DNA from: Eledone cirrhosa
Lineage: Eukaryota
Direction of reading: 5' to 3'
Length of the DNA stretch: 64,000 nt
Assembly (NCBI GenBank): GCA_964016885.1
Contig: OZ024741.1
Span: 361,646,001 to 361,710,000, forward strand
A program made the translations under genes and the position numbers. A model generated the notes under the pieces. It searched no databases. It had not been told where the DNA came from and saw only the letters and a list, made by a program, of their open reading frames with translations. This document shows, piece by piece, positions 40,201 to 52,300 of this stretch; position 1 is the stretch's first letter, and every line of letters begins with the position of its first letter.

Positions 40201-40680
40201 TCATAGAATCTGTCTTTTATAATGCCAGGCAGTCCGGATTGGGGTGCGTATGCAGATATTATTGTCACAGTAGTTATATTTAGAACAAGTCTTATTTAAT
40301 TATTCTGTCGATCACTCTATTTACTTATCTGCCCATTTTTCAGCTAGTATGATTCCTACTCCACCCAGCCCATTGTTATTTCCCACCCAGAAAAGCTTAT
40401 AGCATCGTTTTTTACCCACAATGAATCTAGCAGATCCACCCCTCCACCTGGTCTCTTGGATACAGCAAACATCAACCTCCTTACGTTCAAGCATTTCTAC
40501 AACCTCGTTAGAGTGACCTTTTAAGGTGCCTACATTCATGGTACCAACAACCGAAATAAAGAGGAGGAGTCCTTGCATTTTCGTCCGGCAGCATAAGGTG
40601 AATTTGTCTTTTTCTTTGGCATTGTCACTGAGTGTCCAGATTTTTCAGATTCTCCAGAATTCCGTAGTCCATCCATCATA
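37212..40680 (-). mobile_element. Near full-length RTE LINE family B (APE endonuclease + RT + PHD-like insert), pseudogenised
   Basis: VGTMNVGTL..IQETRW, SAYAPQ, GDLNGHVG, QIDYIL, SQHRL; FVDLEKAFDR, GVHQGS, LLYADD (minus strand ~38520), FRYLG; (GAT)n tail; several frameshifts and stops. Confidence 0.95.
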
Positions 40681-42449
40681 TCGAAAGGCAACCAGGTCTA
40701 AATTTAAGAAGTGATAGCATAGGCCGCTGACTCATGATTGGTCCAAGTAATAATGGTGGGGGTTGGTGGAAGGGGTATGGGATAGTTAGTGAGAAGGTTT
40801 AAATAAAATCCTCGAATTTTGGGCATAATTGAACAAGCCTATAACAGTAATAAGAGAAGAATTATGGGATTTTTAAAATACAAGAAGATTATTTTGAACA
40901 ATTAGACATAATTATTGTAATAAAAAAGCAAAGATTGGATTCTGGACGATGATACAGATAGATGAATGGACCGGGGATGAAATTACACTACCACAAGGTG
41001 ATTTGTGTACCTATGACAATGTAATATCATTTCACACACTATCTTACTCAATGGTAACTGGAATAATTTCCAGAAACAGAGTACACTCATACAGATTTAG
41101 TAATGGAATATCAAAAATGGATGTTCCATTGATTCTAATCAATTAGGGTTATCAATAAAATTAATAACACTAATATTAACCGATTAATAAATCACATTGG
41201 TTAATAAAAAAGTATTGATATATGTACAATAGAGGTAAAAGAAACATTTTTTTGTCACTAATATATGAGATTTCGCAATGAATAAGATAGCATTTTAACA
41301 TAATTTAACTGACACCTAATTCTCCATAAGGGGGAATACAGGCCAAACTAACTAATACAAGAGAGTTTCACTTGCATCATATCCTTAACTGCAGTTTCTG
41401 GAATTAAGAAACAATATTAATTATCTTAATAAATTAAGACAACCAATATTGGAAGAAAATTCCATCATCAGAGGGATTCTTTGGAAGTAGAAAATAATTG
41501 TTTCTACTTTTTGGCACAAGGCCAGCAATTATCCCAGGGCATTACTGGTGCTTTATTTTATCGACCCCATAAGAATGAAAAGCAAAATTAACTTGGCAGG
41601 ATTTGAACTTAGAATACAAAGGACCACAACTCTAGGTGTCTGATCTACCAATACTGCCAATCCACCAGTGCATTACTGGTACTTTATTTTATCGACCCCG
41701 TAAGGATGAAAGGCAAAGTTAACAAAGTAGAAAATATTCATCAGTTAGTATAAAAAATAAGGTGATAAGAACCCTATCCTTATCAAATATATGTAGTTAG
41801 TTAGGGCTGTTTATGTTCTAAGTTCAAATCACATCTAGATCAATTTTACCATTTTCCCTTCTGGAAGTCAATAAAATAAATAACAATCAAGAGTAGTAAG
41901 GTAGAGTTAATCAACAATATTTTCCTAGTTGGATATCTTGTTATCTTGGTTCATTATATATAAATTTACAATTGAATGATATTCCCATATTGCATTTTAA
42001 GTTAGTTAAGTTAAAGTCTATCTCAAGCCATCAGATTCACCAGCCAAGTGTTTTGCCATGGTTTCATTTTCCATCAGCGTTAAATGACTGAGAATATAAG
42101 ACTTCTCCCTGGACAAGTTGCCTGTCAATTGCACAGTTAACTCCCAGCTACTACTGGTACTCATTTTTAGCTGAGTATATCGGAATAACATGAAATGAAG
42201 TGCCTTTCTCAAGAACACAATGTACCACCTGGTCCAGGAATCAAACCCACAATATTATGTTCATAAGTCCAGTACCCTACCCACTAGGTCACATGTTTAA
42301 CATGATATCCATACATTTTAATAGGAAGAATATTTAATGTTTCACACTCTTGATACTGAGATGCCTGAAACCACTCTGGTTCTACCATACAAAGCTGTTT
42401 ATTTTAAAATGTTTATATTTATCTAAAAACCAATCATTATAATTATGTA

Positions 42450-42840
42450 ATGGCGGATTAGCAGTATCAGTAGAGGGTCGGACGCCATGCTTTGACACAT
42501 AGAGTTACGGCCCTTGCCATTCTGAGTTCAAATCCCGCTGAGGTTAACTTTGCCTTTCATCCTTATGGGGTCAATAAAATAAAGTACCAGTAATACACTG
42601 GGTAATTGCTGGCCTTGTGCCAAAAGTAGAAACAATTATAATTATGTAATGGCGGTGAATTGGCAGTATTGGTAGAGTGTTGGTCATGCTTTCCAGCATA
42701 GTTAGGTCCCTTTACGATCTGAGTTCAAATCCTGCCGAGGTTAACTTTGCCTTTCATTCTTACGAGATCGATAAAATAAAGTACCAGTAATGTACTGGGT
42801 AATTGCTGGTCTTGTGCCAAAAGTAGAAACAATTATAATT
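42450..42840 (+). mobile_element. Tandem SINE dimer
   Basis: Two ~190-bp monomers, each with B-box gagttcaaatcc, separated and flanked by attataattat. Confidence 0.85.
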
Positions 42841-43949
42841 ATATATAAGAATCCTTGTTTAACACTGCTCAAAACACCAGTTTAACCTATTATTACCATA
42901 TCTCTAATGAAAGACACTGTCTATGATTTTCAAATAATTTTGTAAATAATCAAGAATTTGAAGGTATTCAGTAATTTTCTGAATAATCAAGAATTTTGAG
43001 GGATTTAGTAATATAACTAACTTTCTTCTTATTATGCTGGAATTTGGAACATGACTAAGTACTTGTCATCAGAATTAACACAACACACACCACTACAGTT
43101 GTGCTCAGTCAAATTTTCCAGAGACACAGTGCACAGCTTATGATGAGATGGATCCAAAGCCTTGGTCCCTGGGTTGATATCTTCACCATTTGGTACAGCT
43201 GTCACCAGCCTTAACTCTGTAGTGTTTTCAAACAGTATGGCCTAATTAATGAGCACAATATGGGACTTGATCACACGGCACCAAGTTTATAATCTCATGG
43301 CATGTATGGCAGAGAAAATCAATTGTTCATATAACTAGTTTGTTAGGCTCTAACAACTAAGGATAACATAATTAGTTCTATATTGTTGTCATATGAATAA
43401 ATAAGAGCAGATGTCCATATTTCACACCAAATTGAGAGAGTGTGTGTGTGCGTGTGGTGGTGGTGGGAGGGGGCAACACAAACATACACAAAACATGAAA
43501 ATTTAACAAAATAGAATTATGCAATGTTTATGAAACTAACATAAATAAGATCACAACCTTTATTCATATCACGTGAAACAATTGTTTAGAAAAGAAGTTG
43601 GTTATTTTAGCCCAGAGATCAACAACTTCTTTTTGTAATGGCAGATTTGATTTTCTTTTAGAAGAAGGGACTGATCGTAGTTCACATCTATATCTTATAT
43701 GACTCCAGAGTTTAGCCCAGGGTCAAACTTGACTGTCTTTTTAGAAATATCTCAGACATTATCTAATATGACCTCTTTTTTTCAAAAGATAGTAAATGAT
43801 TTGACAGAGATTTGGTTGTTATTTTTAGAATTGAGTTGTCACCTCAAGGCTCTCTCATTGAGGGTGGTGGTGGTGGTGGGGTTGGAATAAAGACAAAGAA
43901 GAGGAAAGAACTCATCACCAGATAGCTTGTAATGGGGTCAATCGGTGAA

Positions 43950-44430
43950 CTATTCAACAAAAAACCCAGTAATGGTAACAAACAATAAATAATTCAACAG
44001 AAAATCCCATTAATTACTTCATCTACAGAATATCCAAGATTACATCTTCTCTGTGAAAATATTGGCATTGTACCTTGTCAAAGAAGGTGAATTACTATCC
44101 TGCTTGTGTGACATTCCTAGATACATTGATGTCAATAACACAGATTTGTAGGAGAGGAGGCGTAGTTCACTAAATTGAACTTAGTAAATTATTGGTATTT
44201 CTTTGATTTGATCAACTCGGAGTGGGGGTGTGGGGTGAAAGGCAGAATTGACACCAGAGAGATTCTAAGTCAGAAAATAGAAGAATAAAAATACTTTCAA
44301 TGAGCCAGTACACAGAGTATGAAATACAGGGTGCAGTTATGACTATGTTAGTAAGAGGACCCCTGTGTCTGTGTTTGCTTCCACTGCCCTGCATCATGCA
44401 GTATTTGTGCAAATCTTCTGTCAATGTATT
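43950..44430 (-). mobile_element. Possible very old Penelope-like RT fragment
   Basis: Frame-jumping ..FCLSPH..PS.IK.TNNLL..D(I)TSMY..SHKQ loosely resembles PSYIKDTN.FL..DV.SLYTNIPH. Confidence 0.3.
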
Positions 44431-44547
44431 GTGGTGAAAGATGTAAAATATTGAATACTGATAAAAACACTGATCAATCAGTGTTTTTGGATAAATATAA
44501 TTTGTGGTATTTGTTCTACTTAAGTTGGCCAGACATTCTTAACATCA

Positions 44548-47500
44548 TTAACCCTTTAGCATTTAAACCGGCCGTATCCGGCTAGAATTCTCTCACCTTT
44601 TTCTGTTTAAATCGGCTGTAACTGGCCACTCATAGTGATGTTAAAGCATTGTTCTCAAAATAAATAACATCAAAATCTCATAGATTCCATATTATGTGAA
44701 ATAATTATGTGAGGTAAAGCCTTTACTGTGAAAATACAATAGTATATATAGAGTAATGTAAATGCTATGTGAGGTAAAGCCTTTACTGTGAAAATACAAT
44801 AGTATATATAGAGTAATGTAAATGTTATGTGAGGTAAAGCCTTTACTGTGAAAATACAATAGTATATATAGAGTAATGTAAATGTTATGTGAGGTAAAGC
44901 CTTTACTGTGAAAATACAATAGTTATATATAGAGTAATGTAAATGTTATGTGAGGTAAAGCCTTTACTGTGAAAATACAATAGTTATATATAGAGTAATG
45001 TAAATGTTTTGTGAGGTAAAGCCTTTACTGTGAAAATACAATAGTATATATAGAGTAATGTAAATGTTATGTGAGGTAAAGCCTTTACTGTGAAAATACA
45101 ATAGTATATATAGAGTAATGTAAATGCTATGTGAGGTAAAGCCTTTACTGTGAAAATAAAATAGTATATATAGAGTAATGTAAATGTTATGTGAGGTAAA
45201 GCCTTTACTGTGAAAATACAATAGTATATATAGAGTAATGTAAATGTTATGTGAGGTAAAGCCTTTACTGTGAAAATACAATAGTATATATAGAGTAATG
45301 TAAATGCTATGTGAGGTAAAGCCTTTACTGTGAAAATACAATAGTATATATAGAGTAATGTAAATGTTATGTGAGGTAAAGCCTTTACTGTGAAAATACA
45401 ATAGTATATATAGAGCAATGTAAATGCTATGTGAGGTAAAGCCCTTACTGTGAAAATACAATAGTATATATATAGAGTAATGTAAATGTTATGTGAGGTA
45501 AAGCCTTTACTGTGGAAATACAATAGTATATATATAGAGTAATATAAATGTTATGTGAGGTAAAGCCTTTACTGTGTAAATACATAGTATATATATAGAG
45601 TAATGTAAATGTTATGTGAGGTAAAGCCTTTACTGTGAAAATACAATAGTATATATATAGAGTAATGTAAATGTTATGTGAGGTAAAGCCTTTACTGTGA
45701 AAATACAATAGTATATATATAGAGTAATGTAAATGTTATGTGAGGTAAAGCCTTTACTGTGAAAATACAATAGTTATATATAGAGCAATGTAAATGTTAT
45801 GTGAGGTAAAGCCTTTACTGTGAAAATACAATAGTATATATAGAGCAATGTAAATGTTATGTGAGGTAAAGCCTTTACTGTGAAAATACAATAGTATATA
45901 TAGAGTAATGTAAATGTTATGTGAGGTAAAGCCTTTACTGTGAAAATACAATAGTATATATAGAGTAATGTAAATGTTATGTGAGGTAAAGCCTTTACTG
46001 TGAAAATACAATATTATATAGAGTAATGTAAATGTTTTGTGAGGTAAAGCCTTTACTGTGAAAATACAATAGTATATATAGAGTAATGTAAATGTTATGT
46101 GAGGTAAAGCCTTTACTGTGAAAATACAATAGTATATATAGAGTAATGTAAATGCTATGTGAGGTAAAGCCTTTACTGTGAAAATACAATAGTATATATA
46201 GAGTAATGTAAATGTTTTGTGAGGTAAAGTCTTTACTGTGAAAATACAATAGTATATATAGAGCAATGTAAATGTTATGTGAGGTAAAGCCTTTACTGTG
46301 AAAATACAATAGTATATATAGAGCAATGTAAATGTTATGTGAGGTAAAGCCTTTACTGTGAAAATACAACAGTATATATAGAGTAATGTAAATGTTATGT
46401 GAGGTAAAGCCTTTACTGTGAAAATACAATAGTATATATAGAGCAATGTAAATGCTATGTGAGGTAAAGCCTTTATTGTGAAAATACAATAGTATATATA
46501 TAGAGTAATGTAAATGTTATGTGAGGTAAAGCCTTTACTGTGGAAATACAATAGTATATATATAGAGTAATATAAATGTTATGTGAGGTAAAGCCTTTAC
46601 TGTGAAAATACATAGTATATATATAGAGTAATGTAAATGTTATGTGAGGTAAAGCCTTTACTGTGAAAATACAATAGTATATATATAGAGTAATGTAAAT
46701 GTTATGTGAGGTAAAGCCTTTACTGTGAAAATACAATAGTATATATATAGAGCAATGTAAATGTTATGTGAGGTAAAGCCTTTACTGTGAAAATACAATA
46801 GTTATATAGAGCAATGTAAATGTTATGTGAGGTAAAGCCTTTACTGTGAAAATACAATAGTTATATAGAGTAATGTAAATGTTATATGAGGTAAAGCCTT
46901 TACTGTGAAAATACAATAGTATATATAGAGCAATGTAAATGCTATGTGAGGTAAAGCCTTTACTGTGAAAATACAATAGTATATATATAGAGTAATGTAA
47001 ATGTTATGTGAGGTAAAGCCTTTACTGTGAAAATACAATAGTATATATATAGAGTAATGTAAATGTTATGTGTGGTAAAGCCTTTACTGTGAAAATACAA
47101 TAGTTATATATAGAGCAATGTAAATGTTATGTGAGGTAAAGCCTTTACTGTGAAAATACAATAGTATATATAGAGCAATGTAAATGCTATGTGAGGTAAA
47201 GCCTTTACTGTGAAAATACAATAGTATATATATAGAGTAATGTAAATGTTATGTGAGGTAAAGCCTTTACTGTGAAAATACAATAGTATATATATAGAGT
47301 AATGTAAATGTTATGTGAGGTAAAGCCTTTACTGTGAAAATACAATAGTATATATAGAGCAATGTAAATGTTATGTGAGGTAAAGCCTTTACTGTGAAAA
47401 TACAATAGTTATATAGAGCAATGTAAATGTTATGTGAGGTAAAGCCTTTACTGTGAAAATACAATAGTTATATAGAGTAATGTAAATGTTATGTGAGGTA

Positions 47501-49196
47501 AAGCCTTTACTGTGAAAATACAATAGTATATATAGAGCAATGTAAATGCTATGTGAGGTAAAGCCTTTACTGTGAAAATACAATAGTATATATATAGAGT
47601 AATGTAAATGTTATGTGAGGTAAAGCCTTTACTGTGAAAATACAATAGTATATATATAGAGTAATGTAAATGTTATGTGAGGTAAAGCCTTTACTGTGAA
47701 AATACAATAGTTATATATAGAGCAATGTAAATGTTATGTGAGGTAAAGCCTTTACTGTGAAAATACAATAGTATATATAGAGCAATGTAAATGCTATGTG
47801 AGGTAAAGCCTTTACTGTGAAAATATAATAGTATATATATAGAGTAATGTAAATGTTATGTGAGGTAAAGCCTTTACTGTGAAAATACAATAGTATATAT
47901 ATAGAGTAATGTAAATGTTATGTGAGGTAAAGCCTTTACTGTGAAAATACAATAGTATATATAGAGCAATGTAAATGTTATGTGAGGTAAAGCCTTTACT
48001 GTGAAAATACAATAGTTATATAGAGCAATGTAAATGTTATGTGAGGTAAAGCCTTTACTGTGAAAATAAAATAGTTATATAGAGTAATGTAAATGTTATG
48101 TGAGGTAAAGCCTTTACTGTGAAAATTCAATAGTATATATAGAGCAATGTAAATGCTATGTGAGGTAAAGCCTTTACTGTGAAAATACAATAGTATATAT
48201 ATAGAGTAATGTAAATGTTATGTGAGGTAAAGTCTTTACTGTGAAAATACAATAGTATATATATAGAGTAATGTAAATGTTATGTGTGGTAAAGCCTTTA
48301 CTGTGAAAATACAATAGTTATATATAGAGCAATGTAAATGTTATGTGAGGTAAAGCCTTTACTGTGAAAATACAATAGTATATATAGAGCAATGTAAATG
48401 CTATGTGAGGTAAAGCCTTTACTGTGAAAATACAATAGTATATATATAGAGTAATGTAAATGTTATGTGAGGTAAAGCCTTTACTGTGAAAATACAATAG
48501 TATATATAGAGCAATGTAAATGTTATGTGAGGTAAAGCCTTTACTGTGAAAATACAATAGTATATATAGAGTAATGTAAATGTTATGTGAGGTAAAGCCT
48601 TTACTGTGAAAATACAATAGTATATATAGAGCAATGTAAATGTTATGTGAGGTAAAGCCTTTACTGTGAAAATACAATAGTATATATAGAGCAATGTAAA
48701 TGTTATGTGAGGTAAAGCCTTTACTGTGAAAATACAATAGTTATATAGAGTAATGTAAATGTTATGTGAGGTAAAGCCTTTACTGTGAAAATACAATAGT
48801 ATATATATAGAGTAATGTAAATGTTATGTGAGGTAAAGCCTTTACTGTGAAAATACAATAGTTATATATAGAGCAATGTAAATGTTATGTGAGGTAAAGC
48901 CTTTACTGTGAAAATACAATAGTATATATAGAGTAATGTAAATGTTATGTGAGGTAAAGCCTTTACTGTGAAAATACAATAGTATATATAGAGCAATGTA
49001 AATGTTATGTGAGGTAAAGCCTTTACTGTGAAAATACAATAGTATATATAGAGTAATGTAACTGTTATGTGAGGTAAAGCCTTTACTGTGAAAATACAAT
49101 AGTATATATAGAGCAATGTAAATGCTATGTGAGGTAAAGCCTTTACTGTGAAAATACAATAGTATATATAGAGTAATGTAAATGCTAAAGAGTTCA
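44548..49196. mobile_element. piggyBac-like MITE inflated by an internal satellite
   Basis: Left end TTAA|ccctttagcatttaaaccggcc; right end taaatgctaaagag|ttca; body is the reverse complement of 32921-33149. Confidence 0.9.
44706..49187. repeat. ~60-bp satellite, ~74 units (tatgtgaggtaaagcctttactgtgaaaatacaatagtatatatagagtaatgtaaatg[t/c])
   Basis: Period 59-62 bp depending on the internal (TA)n length. Confidence 0.97.
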
Positions 49197-49342
49197 TACA
49201 GTGAACCATTGATTGACTTGATGGAAATCTATAACTAATTACATTACTAGGGTTGGATTAAATCCTTTTAACACCCTCCTCATCATAAAGCCTGCTAACA
49301 TTTTCTTTAATGACTAATATATTTAATTTGAATAAAATGATA

Positions 49343-52300
49343 CTTCTCTTCCCTAGATACCTGACGCATGTGTTTATGATGTCTCTCTCTTCCCTAGATA
49401 CCAGAAGCATGTGTTTATGATGTCTCTCTCTTCCCTAGATACCACAAGCATGTGTTTATGATGTCTCTCATCCCTAGATACCTAAAGTATGTGTTTATGA
49501 TGTCTCTCGTCCCTAGATACCAGAAGCATGTGTTTATGATGTCTCTCTTCCTTAGATACCAGAAGCATGTGTTTATGATGTCTCTCTTCCCTAGATACCA
49601 CAAGCATGTGTTTATGATGTCTCTCTTCCCTACATACCAGAAGCATGTGTTTATGATGTCTCTCTTCCCTAGATACCAGAAGCATGTGTTTATGATGTTT
49701 CCCATCCCTATATACCTAAAGCATGTGTCTATAATATCTTTCTCTTCCCTTGATACATGGAGTATGTGTTTATGATGTCTCTCTTCCCTAGATACCAGAA
49801 GCATGTGTTTATGATGTCTCTTTTCCCTAGATACCAGAAGCATGTGTTTATGATGTCTCTCTTCCCTAGATACCAGAAGCATGTGTTTATGATGTCTCTC
49901 TTCCCTAGATATCTGAAGAATGTCTTTATGATGTTTCTCTTCCCTAGATACCTAAAGCATGTCTTTATGATGTTTCTCTTCCCTAGACAGCTAAAGCATG
50001 TGTCTATGATGTCTCTCTCTTCCCTAAATACCAGAGGCATGTGTTTATGATGTCTCTCTTCCCTAGATACCAGAAGCATGTGTTTATGATGTCTCTCTTC
50101 CCTAGATACCAGAAGCATGTGTTTATGATGTCTCTCTTCCCTAAATACCAGCAGCATGTCTTTATGATGTCTCTCTCTTCCCTAGATACCAGAAGCATGT
50201 GTTTATGATGTCTCTCTTCCCTAGATACCAGAAGCGTGTGTTTATGATGTCTCTCTTCCCTAGATACCAGAAGCATGTGTTTATGATGTCTCTCATCCCT
50301 AGATACCAGAAGCATGTGTTTATGATGTCTCTCTTCTCTAGATACCAGAAGCATGTGTTTATGATGTCTCTCTCTTCCCTAGATACCAGAAGCATGTGTT
50401 TATGATGTCTCTCTATTCCCTAGATACCAGAAGCATGTATTTATGATGTCTCTCTTCCCTAGATACCAGAAGCATGTGTTTATGATGTCTCTCATCCCTA
50501 GATACCAGAAGCATGTGTTTATGATGTCTCTCTTCCCTAGATACCAGAAGCATGTCTGTATGATGTTTCTCTTCCCTAGACACCTAAAGCATGTGTTTAT
50601 GATGTCTCTCTTCCATTGATACATGGAGCATGTGTTTATGATGTCTCTCTTCCCTAGATACCTAAAGCATGTGTTTATGATGGCTCTCTTCCCTAGATAC
50701 CTAAAGCATGAGTTTATGATGTCTCTCTTTGCTAGATACCAGAAGCATGTGTTTATGATGTCTCTCTTCCCTAGATACCAGAAGCATGTGTTTATGATGT
50801 TTCTCTTCTCTAGATACCTAAAGCATGTATTTATGATGTCTCTCTTCTCTAGATACCACAAGCATGTGTTTATGATGTCTCTCTCTTCCATAAATACCAG
50901 AAGCATGTGTTTATGATGTCTCTCTTAGATACCAGGAGCATGTGTTTATGATATCTCTCTTCCCTAGCTACCAGAAGCATGTGTTTATGATGTCTCTCTT
51001 CCACAGATACCAGAAGCATGTATTTATGATGTCTCTCTTCCCTAGATACCAGAAGCATGTGTTTATGATGTCTCTATCTTCCCTAGATACTAGAAGCATG
51101 TGTTTATGATGTCTCTCTTCCCTAGATACCAGAAGCATGTGTTTATGATGCCTCTCTTCCCTAGATACATAAAGCATATCTTTATGATGTTTCTCTTCCC
51201 TAGACACCTAAAGCATGTGTTTATGATGTCTCTCTTCCATTGATACATGGAGCATGTGTTTATGATGTCTCTCTTCGCTAGATACCTAAAGCATGTGTTT
51301 ATGATGTCCCTCTTCCCTAGATACCTAAAGCATGTGTTTATGAAGTCCCTCTTCGCTAGATACCAGAAGCACGTGTTTATGATGTCTCTCTTCCCTAGAT
51401 ACCAGAAGCATGTGTTTATGATGTTTCTCTTCCCTAGATACCTAAAGCATGTGTTTATGATGTCTCTCTTCCCTAGATACCAGGACATGTGTTTATGATG
51501 TCTCTCTTCCCTAGATACCACAAGCATGTGTTTATGATGTCTCTCTCTTCCCTAGATACCAGAAGCATGTGTTTATGATGTCTCTCTTCCCTAGATACCA
51601 GAAGCATGTGTTTATGATGTCTCTCTTCCCTAGATACCAGAAGCATGTGTTTATGATGTCTCTCTTCCCTAGATACCAGAAGCATGTGTTTATGATGTCT
51701 CTCTTCCCTAGATACCAGATGCATGTGTTTATGATGTCTCTCTTCCCTAGATACCAGAAGCATGTGTTTATGATGTCTCTCTTCCCTAGATACCAGAAGC
51801 ATGTGTTTATGATGTCTCTCTTCCCTAGATATCTGAAGAATGTCTTTATGATGTTTCTCTTCCCTAGATACCTAAAGCATGTCTTTATGATGTTTCTCTT
51901 CCCTAGACAGCTAAAGCATGTGTCTATGATGTGTCGCTCTTCCCTAAATACCAGAGGCATGTGTTTATGATGTCTCTCTTCCCTAGATACCAGAAGCATG
52001 TGTTTATGATGTCTCTCATCCCTAGATACCAGAAGCATGTGTTTATGATGTCTCTCATCCCTAGATACCAGAAGCATGTGTTTATGATGTCTCTCTTCCC
52101 TAGATACCAGAAGCATGTATTTATGATGTCTCTCTTCCCTAGATACCAGAAGCATGTGTTTATGATGTCTCTATCTTCCCTAGATACTAGAAGCATGTGT
52201 TTATGATGTCTCTCTTCCCTAGATACCAGAAGCATGTGTTTATGATGCCTCTCTTCCCTAGATACATAAAGCATATCTTTATGATGTTTCTCTTCCCTAG

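Noticed and set aside
40645-40698. Possible terminal exon DLVAFRYDGWTTEFWRI* on the minus strand
   Set aside because: Another frame gives MMDGLRNSGES.., which leads into the LINE endonuclease start, so it is probably the LINE ORF leader
42450-42740. tRNA genes (A/B-box-like motifs)
   Set aside because: No cloverleaf, and they continue into SINE bodies
43091-43241. Apparent minus-strand host exon (AG..GT, open frame AILFENTT..LDPSHHKLCTVSLE)
   Set aside because: Reads better as a decayed LINE RT segment (compare GVRQGDPISPKLFT..LE); no partner exons found
44692-49209. YFHSKGFTSH / CIFTVKALPH repeat ORFs as zinc-finger genes
   Set aside because: Translations of the MITE-derived satellite; no C2H2 spacing; many frameshifts
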